From Pecten maximus (taxonomy: Eukaryota): 64,000 nucleotides of DNA. Shown in pieces: positions 1 through 12,309 of this stretch. The notes under the pieces were generated by a model. The model ran no database searches. It saw only the letters and a program-made list of their open reading frames with translations, and was not told the origin of the DNA. The position numbers were made by a program, and so were the translations under genes. Position 1 is the first letter of the stretch; each line of letters begins with the position of its first letter. Location: contig NC_047015.1 of NCBI RefSeq assembly GCF_902652985.1, positions 29,946,001 to 30,010,000 on the forward strand. Reading direction: 5' to 3'.

Positions 1-630
1 GTATGGAGTCACTGTTCGCTGGTTCACACATGAAGTTGCAAAAATCACTGTTAATTTAAAATTACCACCCACGAAACATCGCCGCGTCAACTCTCAACAG
101 ACTTGAACTATGAATGGAATTCCAATGACAGTCGTGACGTCATGCAGTGACGTAGTATTTTATAAAAATGTGACTTGGCAAAAAAAAGGACAGTTTGTTC
201 CGTGAAAGGATCAAATATGCCCAGTTGCAAATCAAATCATATGTAAAATTGGATAACACTTTTCAGCGTAGGATTTTTCAAAAAAACTGTTGATAGAACT
301 TCTTTTCTCGGATGTTGACAATTTGATCACGGCCACGTCAAAAGTCGGTAAAGTTACGGCAATTTTTATCGGCGAATTGTTCATTCGTTCATTATTTAAC
401 CACAAAAGGAATAAAATTTGTGGGCAAACTTTGTTTGCCTAAATCGGGTATGATCTTTCAGAATATCATAAGTATTTTTTAGTAAAAACGTCAAATAAAA
501 AAAAATAAACAATGCAAAAAATGGATGGCTGAGGGACACTTTCAGAGTATCTAGCTTGTCTTATACTACCTGGCAGGTTTATTTTGTTATATTCGAGGTA
601 TTGTTATAAAGTAAATGTTGTTGCTTTAAG

Positions 631-3600
631 CTAAAACTATTGGACCACAAGAAACTTTCTAGACACGCTGAGCTCAGCCTTGCCCGCATACAGTTGTCCT
701 TCTTTGTAGCAGGATACGTCTGGCAAAACGGACGAAAAGATCCCGCCGAGGTAAAGGAATATATAATATTAAAACAGACATAACCAATATATATTTATTG
801 TCAACGTATATAGAAATAAAAATGTATATTCAACATATCTAAATAATCAACGTGTGGGTACAAAATACTCTTTCCATCACGCACCCCACATGCCAATCCT
901 CCCTCACGCCTGTCCCAACTTAACCTAGTCTGATGGTAATAAGATATAAATGTATATTTGTCTTCTTTTGGCGTCATATTTATCACCTTTCAGAAAATAC
1001 CCAGATGCATAGCTATACCCTTTTACGGTGTGTCCGAAAGTTTGTCTCTTCCCCCAGTCTTATGTTACTGCGATGCCGCATTAATGAACTGGCGAGCTAT
1101 TGACCCAGAAGCGTGAGTAATAAAACATTCGTATGTATATAGTCAAATGTATCGTTTTCGCAGGTTATTTTCATCGCTATCATTTTTTTATGGTGACACA
1201 TTTAGATATCTTGTAGTCACACATATGTATATTATATAATCACACATGTAGATATTTTTTAGCCACACATATACATTTTTTGTAGTCACACACACAATAA
1301 TTTTGTATATAGATATTATAGAGTCACACATGTAGATATTTTGTAGTAACACATGTAGATATTTTGTGGTCACACACATATGTATGTTTTGCTGTAACAC
1401 ATAGATATTTTGTAGTATTATATATAGATATTTTGCAGTAACATATATACATATTTCCACATTTTATCACATGATTGCATTAACTGATTAAAGTCGATGC
1501 ATGCAAGAGCTATTCAACATGTCATATTGCTGTGTTTATGTTTCATAGACCGCTGACGCTCGCGTAAGTATATACACTCACTTATAACGTAACTGTACAG
1601 AGTTTTGATCAGAGAGTAAGAGTTCAAATAAACCTTCAGCATTATGTTCCAGCTACCATCAATAAAACTATATAAAGGAAACACTGGTGTAACCATAATT
1701 GATACAGTCAGAAAATATGCTCGATGTTTTCTATTTTATTATTCGATTAGGAACTTGGATACATACTTCTTATTGGTGGGTGTATTTTCGTAGAAAATAG
1801 AAAATACAAAAACATGCAGGCTCAAAACTATTGTGATATGTTGTAGCAACATGAAAACAATTTACCTATTTCCCGGTGGACATGAAACAGACACTTTTAT
1901 TCGAGTATCTGTTTGGATCGAACTGGCATTTGCACCCGCAATTCAGGTGAGAGAACCCTTCCTTAGTAGAAAAACTGTACCAAATTGTATCGGAACAAAT
2001 TAGATGCCGAAATTAACACTTCAAAATAATGCAGTATACATAAATCTGACGATAACTTAATTAATACATCAAGTGCTAATTTTATTTTTAATATTTGCAA
2101 CATTGCGTGTATAGTTGTGTTTCCTAATGTCAATATTGCTGTATTTATAACATGTTTCGATGAGTTTATTACATCTGTGTGGTATTGTGATACAGCGGAT
2201 ACTGGATGCCATGCATGCCGCGGAAGCCTCGGACACCGTGTCACTAATTAACAGTCTGGAAGATATTGCTGCTGTCCTGAGAAAATTGAGAGAATTGCTA
2301 CCTTGTTTTCACGGTAAAAATGAAGCACTAAACGATAAAATCAATGTTGTGCAGTGGATATAGCATCATAAAAAATGTTGCTGAGGGCAGACTGATGATT
2401 TTCCCTGCAGGTAGAGCATAAGAATGTACATGCTACTTCATTGCATGGCCGTAAAATGCGACTAAATTTTGGATCAACTATCTACTTCTTAATAATACAT
2501 TTTTGCCTTCTTTGGAGGGTACTATGGTCTATAGTGTTTTCGAGGGGTAGTGTAGTACCCGAGCTGGATAACTGATATAACTTCTTCTGATTTACTGAAA
2601 GCTAGTTATCAAAGCATTAAAAAGCATATTAACGATGCAGGCCCATTAGGTCTGTTGAGGAATTACAATATTGCGAACCATTATTAACTCTCTAACTGTC
2701 TTAGTACATCACACTCCCATTTTATTTTGCTTATTATAATATTCAATTAATATTTCACCACATGAAGGCCTATCAGCGTGTTAGCCATTTTCGTCGCCTG
2801 CACCAATCACAACAGTAACAGTGACAGAGCAATAATATTAATTCTTCATATATTTTTTAGAAAAATTAACATAGACGTGCTGATAACAACATGTTAGATA
2901 TCATATATGCAAAACAAAAAAGGTTTTTTTAATACATTAGGAACAGGAGATGAAATGTGATGGATTTTGAGTAAGAACATGCTCTATTGATGTTAAGCGA
3001 AAATTTTCTGAAGGTCAATATACAACATATTATTGCAGTCCATTCGTCTGCAAACAGTATAAAATGAATTGCCAAAAATAGTTATTAGGAGTTTTGTGCA
3101 AAGTAATTAAAAGTGATTGACAATATTGCAATGCAAGTTTTAAAAGAAAAACGAACATAGGACATTGTGTAGTGTACTGAAAGAAAATGTTTATAGTTGA
3201 TTTAATTAGTACACAAGAACTGACACCTCAACTATTAATCAACTAAAGTGAAATTTCACTTTCAAAATGCCCTGATTCAACAGAGTGGTTGAGTTTAAAC
3301 ATTTATAGTAGTCATATACGTCATTGTATCAGAGCTGGAGTGTATATCATAGACCTTTATAACAATAGAATAGTATATAAAGAATTGATCCGGAAAGTTA
3401 TTTACTCCATTGTTCTTGTGGATATCGTTAATGTACAGATTTTATATCAAACGATAATGAGACCCCCAAATCGATAAGTTAGCATTCGATTATAAATAGA
3501 TGTATATATATATATTACTCAATTGTGAATTCTCCTCTCGTGTGAAATAGCGGTCACAGTTATCAACAATCATGATAAAATCAATTAGTTTAAGTTCCAG

Positions 3601-6600
3601 AATAAATGTTTGACGTTTTCTTGTTTCTAGATTGAGGATCATTGACCAAATTATTTATCAATTGTACATTTATTAATCATCTTATCATATGTTGTTGTTT
3701 TATTAAAAAGAGAAATCATCAACACAAAAAAAAAAAACAAACAAAAAAAGGATATGATATATGATAAAATGTAACTGGCTGATTCCTTTAACTCCAGGTA
3801 TAACAGACAGGTGTGGTTCCTATGTATGCGGGGCCAGATCACCTTACACGTAATGCTAAAACAAAATTGATCAAAACAGATTTTGATGTCGACAAAAATA
3901 TAATAATCTCGAGCTAGGACAATAAATCGCTTGTCTGTCAATGATAGCATAATGAGGTTGATTACATTTGGCGCATACTTACAAATATTCAAGCTGCAGT
4001 CATAAAAATATCAAACTACATCGACCTCAAAAAATCAAAGTACTTTTCATAGGGTCGAGACGGGGAAACTATTCGCAAATAATACGTAGTTACCTCTTTC
4101 AAAGCAAAAACCATCCAGTGAGATACCTGAGAGAATATATATGTGTTTGGTTTTACAGACAGCATCACAGTCGATACATTTTTCAATGTGCTTCAACACT
4201 ACTTCGGAGGGTATGTATGTACATTTTATTATGAGAATAATTTTCATATCCCTCTTCACACCCCAATCCTAGAACATAACAATGTGTTTTATAGAATGAT
4301 ATACGACAGAAATGCACTGCAGAAACACATGACAATTTTTTCCTCAAAAATACTTACACCATTAAATTAGGGTAAATTGTATTTGATGGTTCTAACAAGA
4401 TGTGTAATTCAGAACTTATTGAAATCACAATTAATCCAAATGCTTTTCGCATACTATTTAGATACGGGCCAAAAACACCCTTACTAAATGGTCTAGTGTT
4501 TGAAGGCGTCCGCGACGAACCGATAAATGTAAGTAGCAGCAATAATTACATTACGACATACATATGTACGGTGTCTACAAACCAAAGGAGGCCAGGAAAT
4601 AGTGGACTTTACATTAGTGACTGTCTATTTACTAAACGAGTTCAATGATCATGTCACAATCCCTAATACTATTACACGAGATTTTAAGAAACACGGTAAA
4701 TCCACGAGTATAAGAGTCTGTTATCATATAAGTCATATATATGTAAGACAAAATTGTCAAATTAATTTCTTTACTCGACTCAGACGGTATTTGTCTCTCT
4801 ACAGAGACATTTGTGCGACGTCATATACAAAATGTATTAATGCTGTGTTGTAATTATGTATATATTGATCACCTTGTTTCTGATTAATTAATGTATACTT
4901 GGCAGGCCATCCCGTGCAGTGCTGCCCAGACGTCGACTCTCCCATTGGTAGACGCTGCCCTTGGGGTCAAACACAAACCAGGTAAATTGTACAGTTCTTA
5001 ACGCACCAGACTCCAATTTAAAAAAAAAAAAACTTATACTCTGGTTTATTTTACCAGCATCTACATCACACGATCTTTCTCGTTTCTCAGTGAGTAATAA
5101 TCCTAACATATCAACATTACTTCATGTGTTACTGTTTAGTTATTACATATAAGTCACTCACTCTAAATTACGTTATTTATGTAAATCACCAATCTATTTA
5201 AAGAATTTGATTATATATACCGAAGTGTTAATGTATTGTATGACATTGCATATATCTTACACATTAATGTTTTTTTTTTTATAATTAACTTATACTCAAT
5301 CAATTGTTTTATAACAAGCTGTCCTGACTGATACTACATGTAATACTCATTTAAATTTTAAACATCTCAGTGTTTTAATTGAGTAAAGAAAAAAAATCGG
5401 TAACGCTTTCCAATGATGTTTCCAAATTTCTTTTAGTCAAGCATTGATGAATCTGAGACTTTTATCAGAAGAGTGAAATTCAAAATAGGAATCAGTACAA
5501 AAATATACTCCCTAACACAAATACCGACGACCATATTAGTGTAGGTTTTGCCCTTAACTCTTCTCATTAAGCTATTTTTTCAAAAAGAAAAAAAAAGTTT
5601 TTATGTCAATACACTGTATCGTTTAATCTCAAAATGAAAGAAAATTCACCTTTAACACTGATAGCATTTCTTTGATCTATATCTAACGTTATTGGAATGA
5701 AATTCTTTTGGTATTCAGCTTATTTGATCCTTTTTAATGATATTATATCTTCCTTAATGTTGCAAACGAAAAAACACACAAATCTATAATAAGATCATTG
5801 AAAAGATTAATTCAAGAATTCATACTTTCTTGAAAGATATAACAAGTTCCAACATTACTGATTCAAGGATACTTTAAACTTGACAATTCTAATAGTCATA
5901 GAAGTTAAAACACTTCACTTCAAACTAGACAATACGGAGAAGAAAAGACACAAACTATGTTATTTTTAATCAGACGATCTTAATAATCAATGGTGACCTA
6001 CGAGGCAATTTCAACTATATGATAGAAAACGGTAATAATACACATTAAGGAGAACTATGGCTTGCCAAGTAAACGATGATGCTATTTCCAAGTGAGTGTA
6101 CATGATTTAAGGACCAATAAAGTCAGATGTTGTTTCAGGTATCCGAGCCAAGTTCGTGCGATTTAGGAAACACATGCCATTACACCATAGGCAGCTTATT
6201 GAGGCTGTTGAACAACGATCACAGATACGTCAGTACGGTAAGTCAGGCCACAGATACACAGGTAAACAACGATCACAGATATGTCAGTACGGTAAGTCAG
6301 CCCACAGATACACAGGTAAACAACGATCACAGATACGTCAGTACGGTAAGTCAGCCCAACAGATACACAGGTAAACAACGATCACAGATACGTCAGTACG
6401 GTAAGTCAGCCCACAGATACACAGGTAAACAGCGATCACAGATATGTCAGTACGGTAACCCAGTCCACAGATACACAGGTAAACAACGATCACAGATACG
6501 TCAGTACGGTAAGTCAGCCCACAGATACACAGGTAAACAACGATAACAGATACGTCAGTACGGTAAGTCAGCCCAACAGATACACAGGTAAACAACGATC

Positions 6601-9600
6601 ACAGATACGTCAGTACGGTAAGTCAGTCCACAGATACACAGGTAAACAACTATCACAGATACGTCAGTACGGTATGTCAGCCCACAGATACACAGGTAAA
6701 CAACGATCACAGATATGTCAGGACGGTAAGTCAGCCCACAGATACACAGGTAAACAACGATCACAGATACACATGTAAACAACGATCACAGATACGTCAG
6801 AACGGTAAGTCAGCCCATAAACAGCGATCACAGATACGTCAGTACGGTAAGTCAGCCCACAAACAACGGTCACAAAACGCCAGTATTGTAATTATAAGTC
6901 AACATACAGGGAAACCGACGAGTTATATCTAAACCTCAGACAGGTTCAAACACTTCATGTAGTTTTTGTTACAACGCAACCTCTATTGTATTATCATATG
7001 TCTTTACCAATTTTCCTAATTTCGATTCTAGACAGTGCAAACGTGTGGCATAGCATCATTGACGACACCTAGAAGGACAAAGTAGTCATGTAACATCTAC
7101 ATGTAATGTTGCTATTCAATTGAATATCTGTTGTCCTCTGTACATGCACATGTGGCATGTTGTCGGTAGACAGGTTCATTCTAGTTGAATACGGATTCCA
7201 AAATACGATATCAAATATTTTATTAAATAATCAATAAATTCCAGCGGTCACTGAATGATACATATTGTTTTACCTTGCAGTGACTGATTGCAACGATGAG
7301 GCTCTGACGTCAGCCTTTGAGAACTGTCTGCGTGAACTGGCTGGCTTCCGAAGTGATCACATCAAAATAGTCACCAAGTAAGTGTGGTTAGCAATATCAG
7401 AAGTCTAAAAGGAACTGTCAGTATGAACAAATAGAGGATACTGAATGGTTTAACGCTGAATATAACCTATATTTAACGAGTATGACAGAGTATGACAGAA
7501 TATCGATAATTTCAGGTGTGCGAAGCACGAGTAAAAAATATCGAAATATGCTGTCATACGAGTGATATCAATGTTATATCCAATGGGAAACCTTCAATTT
7601 TATTGCATTTTTATATTAAAAAAACAAAATTAAAAACAGAATCAGTAACATAATGCATGACGTCACTCCAAGTCATTTTCAAAGGACTGATCAATATAAG
7701 ATTTTTCTGAGAATATGTGCATGAAAAGCTAGTGTCAAATTGGTATTTTGACAAAAAACTAGTCAATTTTTTCAGAAACACAGCAAAATAACCAATGTTT
7801 CTATCTTCGCGTTGATTTGAAAAATCGGCAAATTTCCGTGAGGTGAATACTGAGGTTCACTCTGATTGGCAAAAACGAGTTTGATACATTTCTAAATTTC
7901 ACTGAAAAAAAGCAACAAAGTATTACATAATACCCTGTATTAATGTTTAATCTTAATTTGGTTCGGGTTGTGCAAATTTGCACATTGCTAACATTGTTGA
8001 CATTTAAGACTTCGCTCATACTCTAAATGATGATTCCAGTGGTTCACAATTTATGATAACTGAAATACAAGTTTCTATATTTATCTTGATTCTTTCAATG
8101 GAAGGTGTTCTTTCATATCTTGATGATAGATATTGATGTGTTTATGTTTCGGCTTGAAACAAAATCGCATTCTAATCTACTAATATCCCAATTTAATCAT
8201 CTATTTATTTCACTTCCAAATCCCAATGAACTTTATACTAAGGAAATTAACAATCTGTTTTATGATTTTCTGTGGAATGGTAAACCTGATCCAGTAAAAA
8301 GAGACATAATTACAAAAAAAAGTATGAATAAGGGGGGCTCAAGATACTTCATTTAAAATCTTTCATAACCGCTCTTAAAGCAACTTTGGTCAGACGTATA
8401 TATAATAAAGTAGGAAATTGGGATATTGTTCTAGAATCATTATTAGATAAACAGAAATTACCAAATTTTGGAATTGAATATTTAAATAAGAATAAAAAAA
8501 TTGTAAAAATATATTTTGGAAAGATGTTTTAGACGCCTGGTGTAAGACTCTTAATGCACGCAATATATATAAAACAAACATTCTTGAAAATCAAATATGG
8601 TATAATAGTGAAATCAAAATAGATAAAAAAAACAATTTTAAATAATGCCTGGTTTAAAAAAGGTATATACTTTATTCATAACATCATGAAAACAGATAAA
8701 TTTGTATACACTTTTGAATTAGGACTTAATATAAACAGTCTAAAGAATCATATTAAGTTTGAGTTAAAAGCGCATAAAATTTTAATATCCAAAAGTAACA
8801 TTAAAAACAAAATACATATTGACACACAAATACAACAGTGGCTACAAATTTAAAACAATAATACAAATATACAACATCTCTGACCTAGGTTTATTATGTC
8901 CTTTCTATGTCTGTTTTCAGTTGTTTTTGTACACTCGTTTGTTCCTTTCTTTTTTCTCTCTCTTACTCTTATGTTTGTTTGTTTTGTGTACTTATACTCT
9001 TTTTCACTGACGTAATGCTTTTTGAATAAAGTTTAATAAATTATATAATCTAAAGATCACACAATTGTCTTGGGTAGAGTGTAAGTGTTGATGTATAAAG
9101 CGTGAATTTTTTTGTCCTTACTCATGTATTTTGTATTTGTCATGTATTGTAAACTAAATTTGAAAATGAATAAAATATCAATTAAAAGAAAATCGCATTC
9201 GTACGTCTTACATGTACATAACTACTGGAACATTATACTTCTTCAGTTTAAAAACTAAATTTCCAAACGTGTTTGTATTACAGATATGTGGTGATTCCCG
9301 GCAAGGGTGTTACTCCTGACATAGAAGGTAAGGCAGTCCTTAGCTTTATGCTTAGACGAGATAGAACACAAGCTCAAGTTACAAATGTATACGGTTGATT
9401 GATCTCGGATAACATGGTACATGTACATGTTAATAACTTAATACGCTGATACCGTGTCAGGTGGCACGATCATAGAAGTTCACACACTGAAGCCAGGGGT
9501 GTGGTACTAATGTAGTTCATGTTCGTACAATGTGTACATTGATGTCACGTCACGTGGTAGCAGATCATATATCACGCTGATGTCACGTCACGTGGTAGCA

Positions 9601-9989
9601 GATCATAGTCCACGCTGATGCCACGTCACGTGGTATCAGATCATATTTCATGCTGATGTCACGTCACGTGGCATCAGATCATACTTCACGCTGATGTCAC
9701 GTCACGTGGGACCAGATCATTTCCATATGCTTATGTAGTGTTACATGGTACTTTTATCATATGTCTATAAATCTGGTATACTTAAAATGATATCTCATAA
9801 GAACACAATGTTATCTGTTAGAAATATCTATTAGCATACTGAAAGTCAGTAAAATGTTAGGTCGGCGTGGTAGTTTTTTTTGTTTTTTTTTTTGTTTTTT
9901 TGTGATAATCTAATACTTTCAAAATCTTGAACGTTTCAGGCATGATGACCTCTCTGAAATGTATGAGGAATGAATCCACTGGCACTTAG
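631..9989 (+). CDS. IDO-family heme protein, divergent paralog (gene A; IDO-like/IDO-type myoglobin-like). 5'-partial; exons 3-14 in window
   Basis: AG/GT-bounded, phase-compatible exons: 631-750 (LKLLDHKKLSRHAELSLARIQLSFFVAGYVWQNGRKDPAE), 994-1112 (KIPRCIAIPFYGVSESLSLPPVLCYCDAALMNW..), 1549-1563 (15-nt microexon), 1847-1946 (NMKTIYLFPGGHETDTFIRVSVWIELAF..), 2196-2313, 4159-4210 (DTFFNVLQHYFG), 4462-4528 (NGLVFEGVRDEP), 4906-4981 (AIPCSAAQTSTLPLVDAALGVKH), 6139-6237 (FRKHMPLHHRQLI), 7281-7377 (LAGFRSDHIKIVTK), 9284-9327 (YVVIPGKG..), 9940-9989 (MMTSLKCMRNESTGT*). Total 957 nt with no internal stop. Exon sizes 120/119/15/100/118/52 match gene B and the vertebrate IDO1 pattern. Confidence 0.92.
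1190..1460. repeat. Degenerate low-complexity tandem repeat (tagatattttgtagtcacacatatg-like) in gene A intron 4
   Basis: Recurrent 'tagatatttt..gtagtcacaca' motifs; produces the spurious 1188-1460 ORF. Confidence 0.6.
6211..6885 (+). repeat. 54-bp minisatellite (~12 copies) built from the 3' end of gene A exon 11 plus its splice donor
   Basis: Unit aacaacgatcacagatacgtcagtacg|gtaagtcagcccacagatacacaggta. The first copy overlaps the exon; donor positions after 6237, 6291, 6345, 6400 and onward. Confidence 0.95.
7432..7600. repeat. Imperfect palindromic (hairpin-forming) interspersed element in gene A intron 12
   Basis: Arms 'gtatgacag..atatcgata' and 'atatcgaaatatgctgtcatac' surround a central 'gtgcgaagcac' hairpin; resembles a non-autonomous palindromic element. 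Confidence 0.4.
8173..9188 (+). mobile_element. 5'-truncated, decayed L1/Tx1-like non-LTR retrotransposon fragment
   Basis: Peptide remnant LISQFNHLFISLPNP..EINNLFYDFLWNGKPDPVKRDII..KGG (post-RT region typical of Tx1/L1); A-rich tail with AATAAA; 12-bp target-site duplication aaaatcgcattc at 8161-8172 and 9189-9200. Confidence 0.85.
9538..9745. repeat. 38-bp minisatellite (~5 copies) in gene A intron 13
   Basis: Unit gatgtcacgtcacgtggtagcagatcatatatcacgct. Confidence 0.9.
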
Positions 9990-11781
9990 GAAGTACACGA
10001 CGGAAACGGAACAACCCGGACTTAATGTGCACGTGACTAGTTTATTATGAGACGTACAAACTGCTACGATCATTTACATATCAATTCCATAATCAGAGTT
10101 GTACAAATAGACAATACTGCTTGGCCATATGTCAATTTAAAATCTTAATACGTAATGATGTAATATTTATAATTATGCATGTAGTGTACCATGGTTTAAT
10201 CTGACGTACGCTGCTCTTTTCCAGCTAAATCCATTCATATATCATAGAGAACTAGTCTGGTTGTTAATTTTCACAATAATTTGCAAAACAACCGAAATTT
10301 CGTGCCTCAGGACCAACAATTCCGTCCAAATCAAAGACGTCGAAACTTCAAACCCCATTTCGGCTATCAATAAAAAAAAAACCCACTTTTTTCTACAGTA
10401 CCTAATTCAAAAATGTCTTTAAATGAAACTCGGCATATTGCGTTCCTACAATCTCAGAAGTCTCTTGAAAACAAAAATATCCACTGTTACACACAAAATG
10501 TGTGTGCTATTTCAATGGACAATATACAAAAAAAGAATGTATATATATACAATGTATTGTGTTCATATCACGGACTTTTTCAACGGAAGTTAAACGGACA
10601 TTTAAACGGACATTATTTATGTTTGGAAATGTGTCATTTCATTTAGACTCTGGGACAGAGTCTTCTGGAGCGAGAGGGCAGTTATCATAGAGAATTTTCC
10701 GATATTTTTTCTTTGTTCCTACATTCTATTCAATCTGTGTTTACCTGTACCTATATCTGTTTCAATGCATTGTATGGAACATAATTAATCTTGTCCCCAA
10801 GCTTATGTTTAATTCTTTGTGATGACCAGCAATTATGAATGACTTACTCTCCAGTTATCAATGTTTTGTTATCTAAATACCTTCCCGAGGCTATATTACA
10901 TCATCTATTGTTATGTCAGGAAAAGTTCACTTGCATGTCCAGTTTTATTTACCTATGCTAACGCCTTTTTGTGTCATTCATCTTAATTATATACTTTCCT
11001 ACGTGTCAATTTGGACAATGGTCAGTTCCATTTTATATGTTTACACCGGAGACCCGGGCGGTAGTTGGATTCCCAACCAGCAAATGGACAACACGTACAC
11101 TACGGATTACCAAGTGTGATCAGAACTTCATCATTTGACTTGCTTAATTTACAAAGTTGGATCGCCAGCTATATACATTGTATCTATTGGAATACAAATA
11201 CATGTGGACTTAATTATGCTGTTATAATTTGTGAAACGGTTAATATTATGATTTGAAACTATTTGAAACAAATAATATAAGAAATCATTACAAACTGATT
11301 TAAATTCTTTTTTTTTTGTGTCCTGCCATGCGTCCAATCATACAACAGTCCGAATCTAAACAGATACAGCAAAACGCTGTATGAAACATATATTAGATTT
11401 TGTTAACAAGTCCCGTCGTGCGGTTAGACATTGCCGAGTTAACTCCAATAAGCAACAGAAGTCAATCAAAACATTTAATGGGGGTGCAGTTTTTATGTAA
11501 TTAACAATTTCCTACAACGCGCGTGTTAATACATTAACTCTGCTGACCGATTTTTACTCCTTGTGAGTATTGGGTCAGAACACGGAATTCCTTATTCTAA
11601 GACATCAAATACTCAGACAAGCCTTTATAGCCAAGAGTAATGGATAGCCTAACGCCACTGAAAATGATAATACGTGCACGGTATTTGCTTAAGGCTAATT
11701 ATATCTTTTAATAATGTAGATCTTTATCAATCAAAGACTCAGTGACATATTGAGATTATACTATATAATAATACTACTATA

Positions 11782-12309
11782 CGAGGGCTGATTGATAAGT
11801 TGTGTGCCTCATATTGAAGGATTTGAATTTTGCTGGACATATTGAATTATCTATACACTTTTGCTAGTGGTGTTTAAGGACCTCAATGCCACTGTTATAT
11901 AACCCCTTTTCTTTGCTGTTCAGAAAGTCATCCACTGCATCTTAAGGTTAGGGTTAGGATTAGGGTGCCTGAAATAGCTGTTTTCAGTTTTGGAAATAGA
12001 TAAAAGTCTGATGGAGCGAGATCAGGCGAATAAGGCGAATGCTCAATCAATTTAAAGCCACAATCGTGAATGGCAGCTATGGCAATGGCAGACTCTTTCA
12101 CCCTAAACCTAAGCCTTACCGATTCTGTTCATTTTGCAGATGTCGCTTGTCTAGTTTACTTTAGAGTGCTACCTCGTTGATATAAACTAACCGAATAAGA
12201 CCAGTCCTTGGGTACACAGTCCTATATAATCAGAGAATAGAAGGACTTAAAAGAACATCCTTGAGTACCTCCTTCAGTACGAGGCTCACAACATATCAAT
12301 CATCTCTTG
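11782..12309 (-). mobile_element. Internally deleted mariner (Tc1/mariner) transposon
   Basis: TA flanks at 11780-11781 and 12310-12311. Imperfect ~29-bp TIRs (cgagggctgattgataagttgtgtgcctc vs revcomp caagagatgattgatatgttgtgagcctc). The minus strand at ~11980-12085 encodes AIAAIHDCGFKLIEHSPYSPDLAPSDFYLFPKLK, containing the mariner YSPDLAP motif. Confidence 0.9.

Noticed and set aside
1751-1793. Alternative exon 6 start for gene A
   Set aside because: Hits an in-frame TAG; the true 100-nt exon is 1847-1946.
9328-9397. Read-through C-terminus for gene A (..EGKAVLSFMLRRDRT..*)
   Set aside because: A good donor (gaag|gtaagg) in the same phase as gene B and a better-aligning terminal exon at 9940-9989 (MMTSLKCMRNEST vs ILPFLKSSRDTT) favour splicing; intron retention cannot be excluded.
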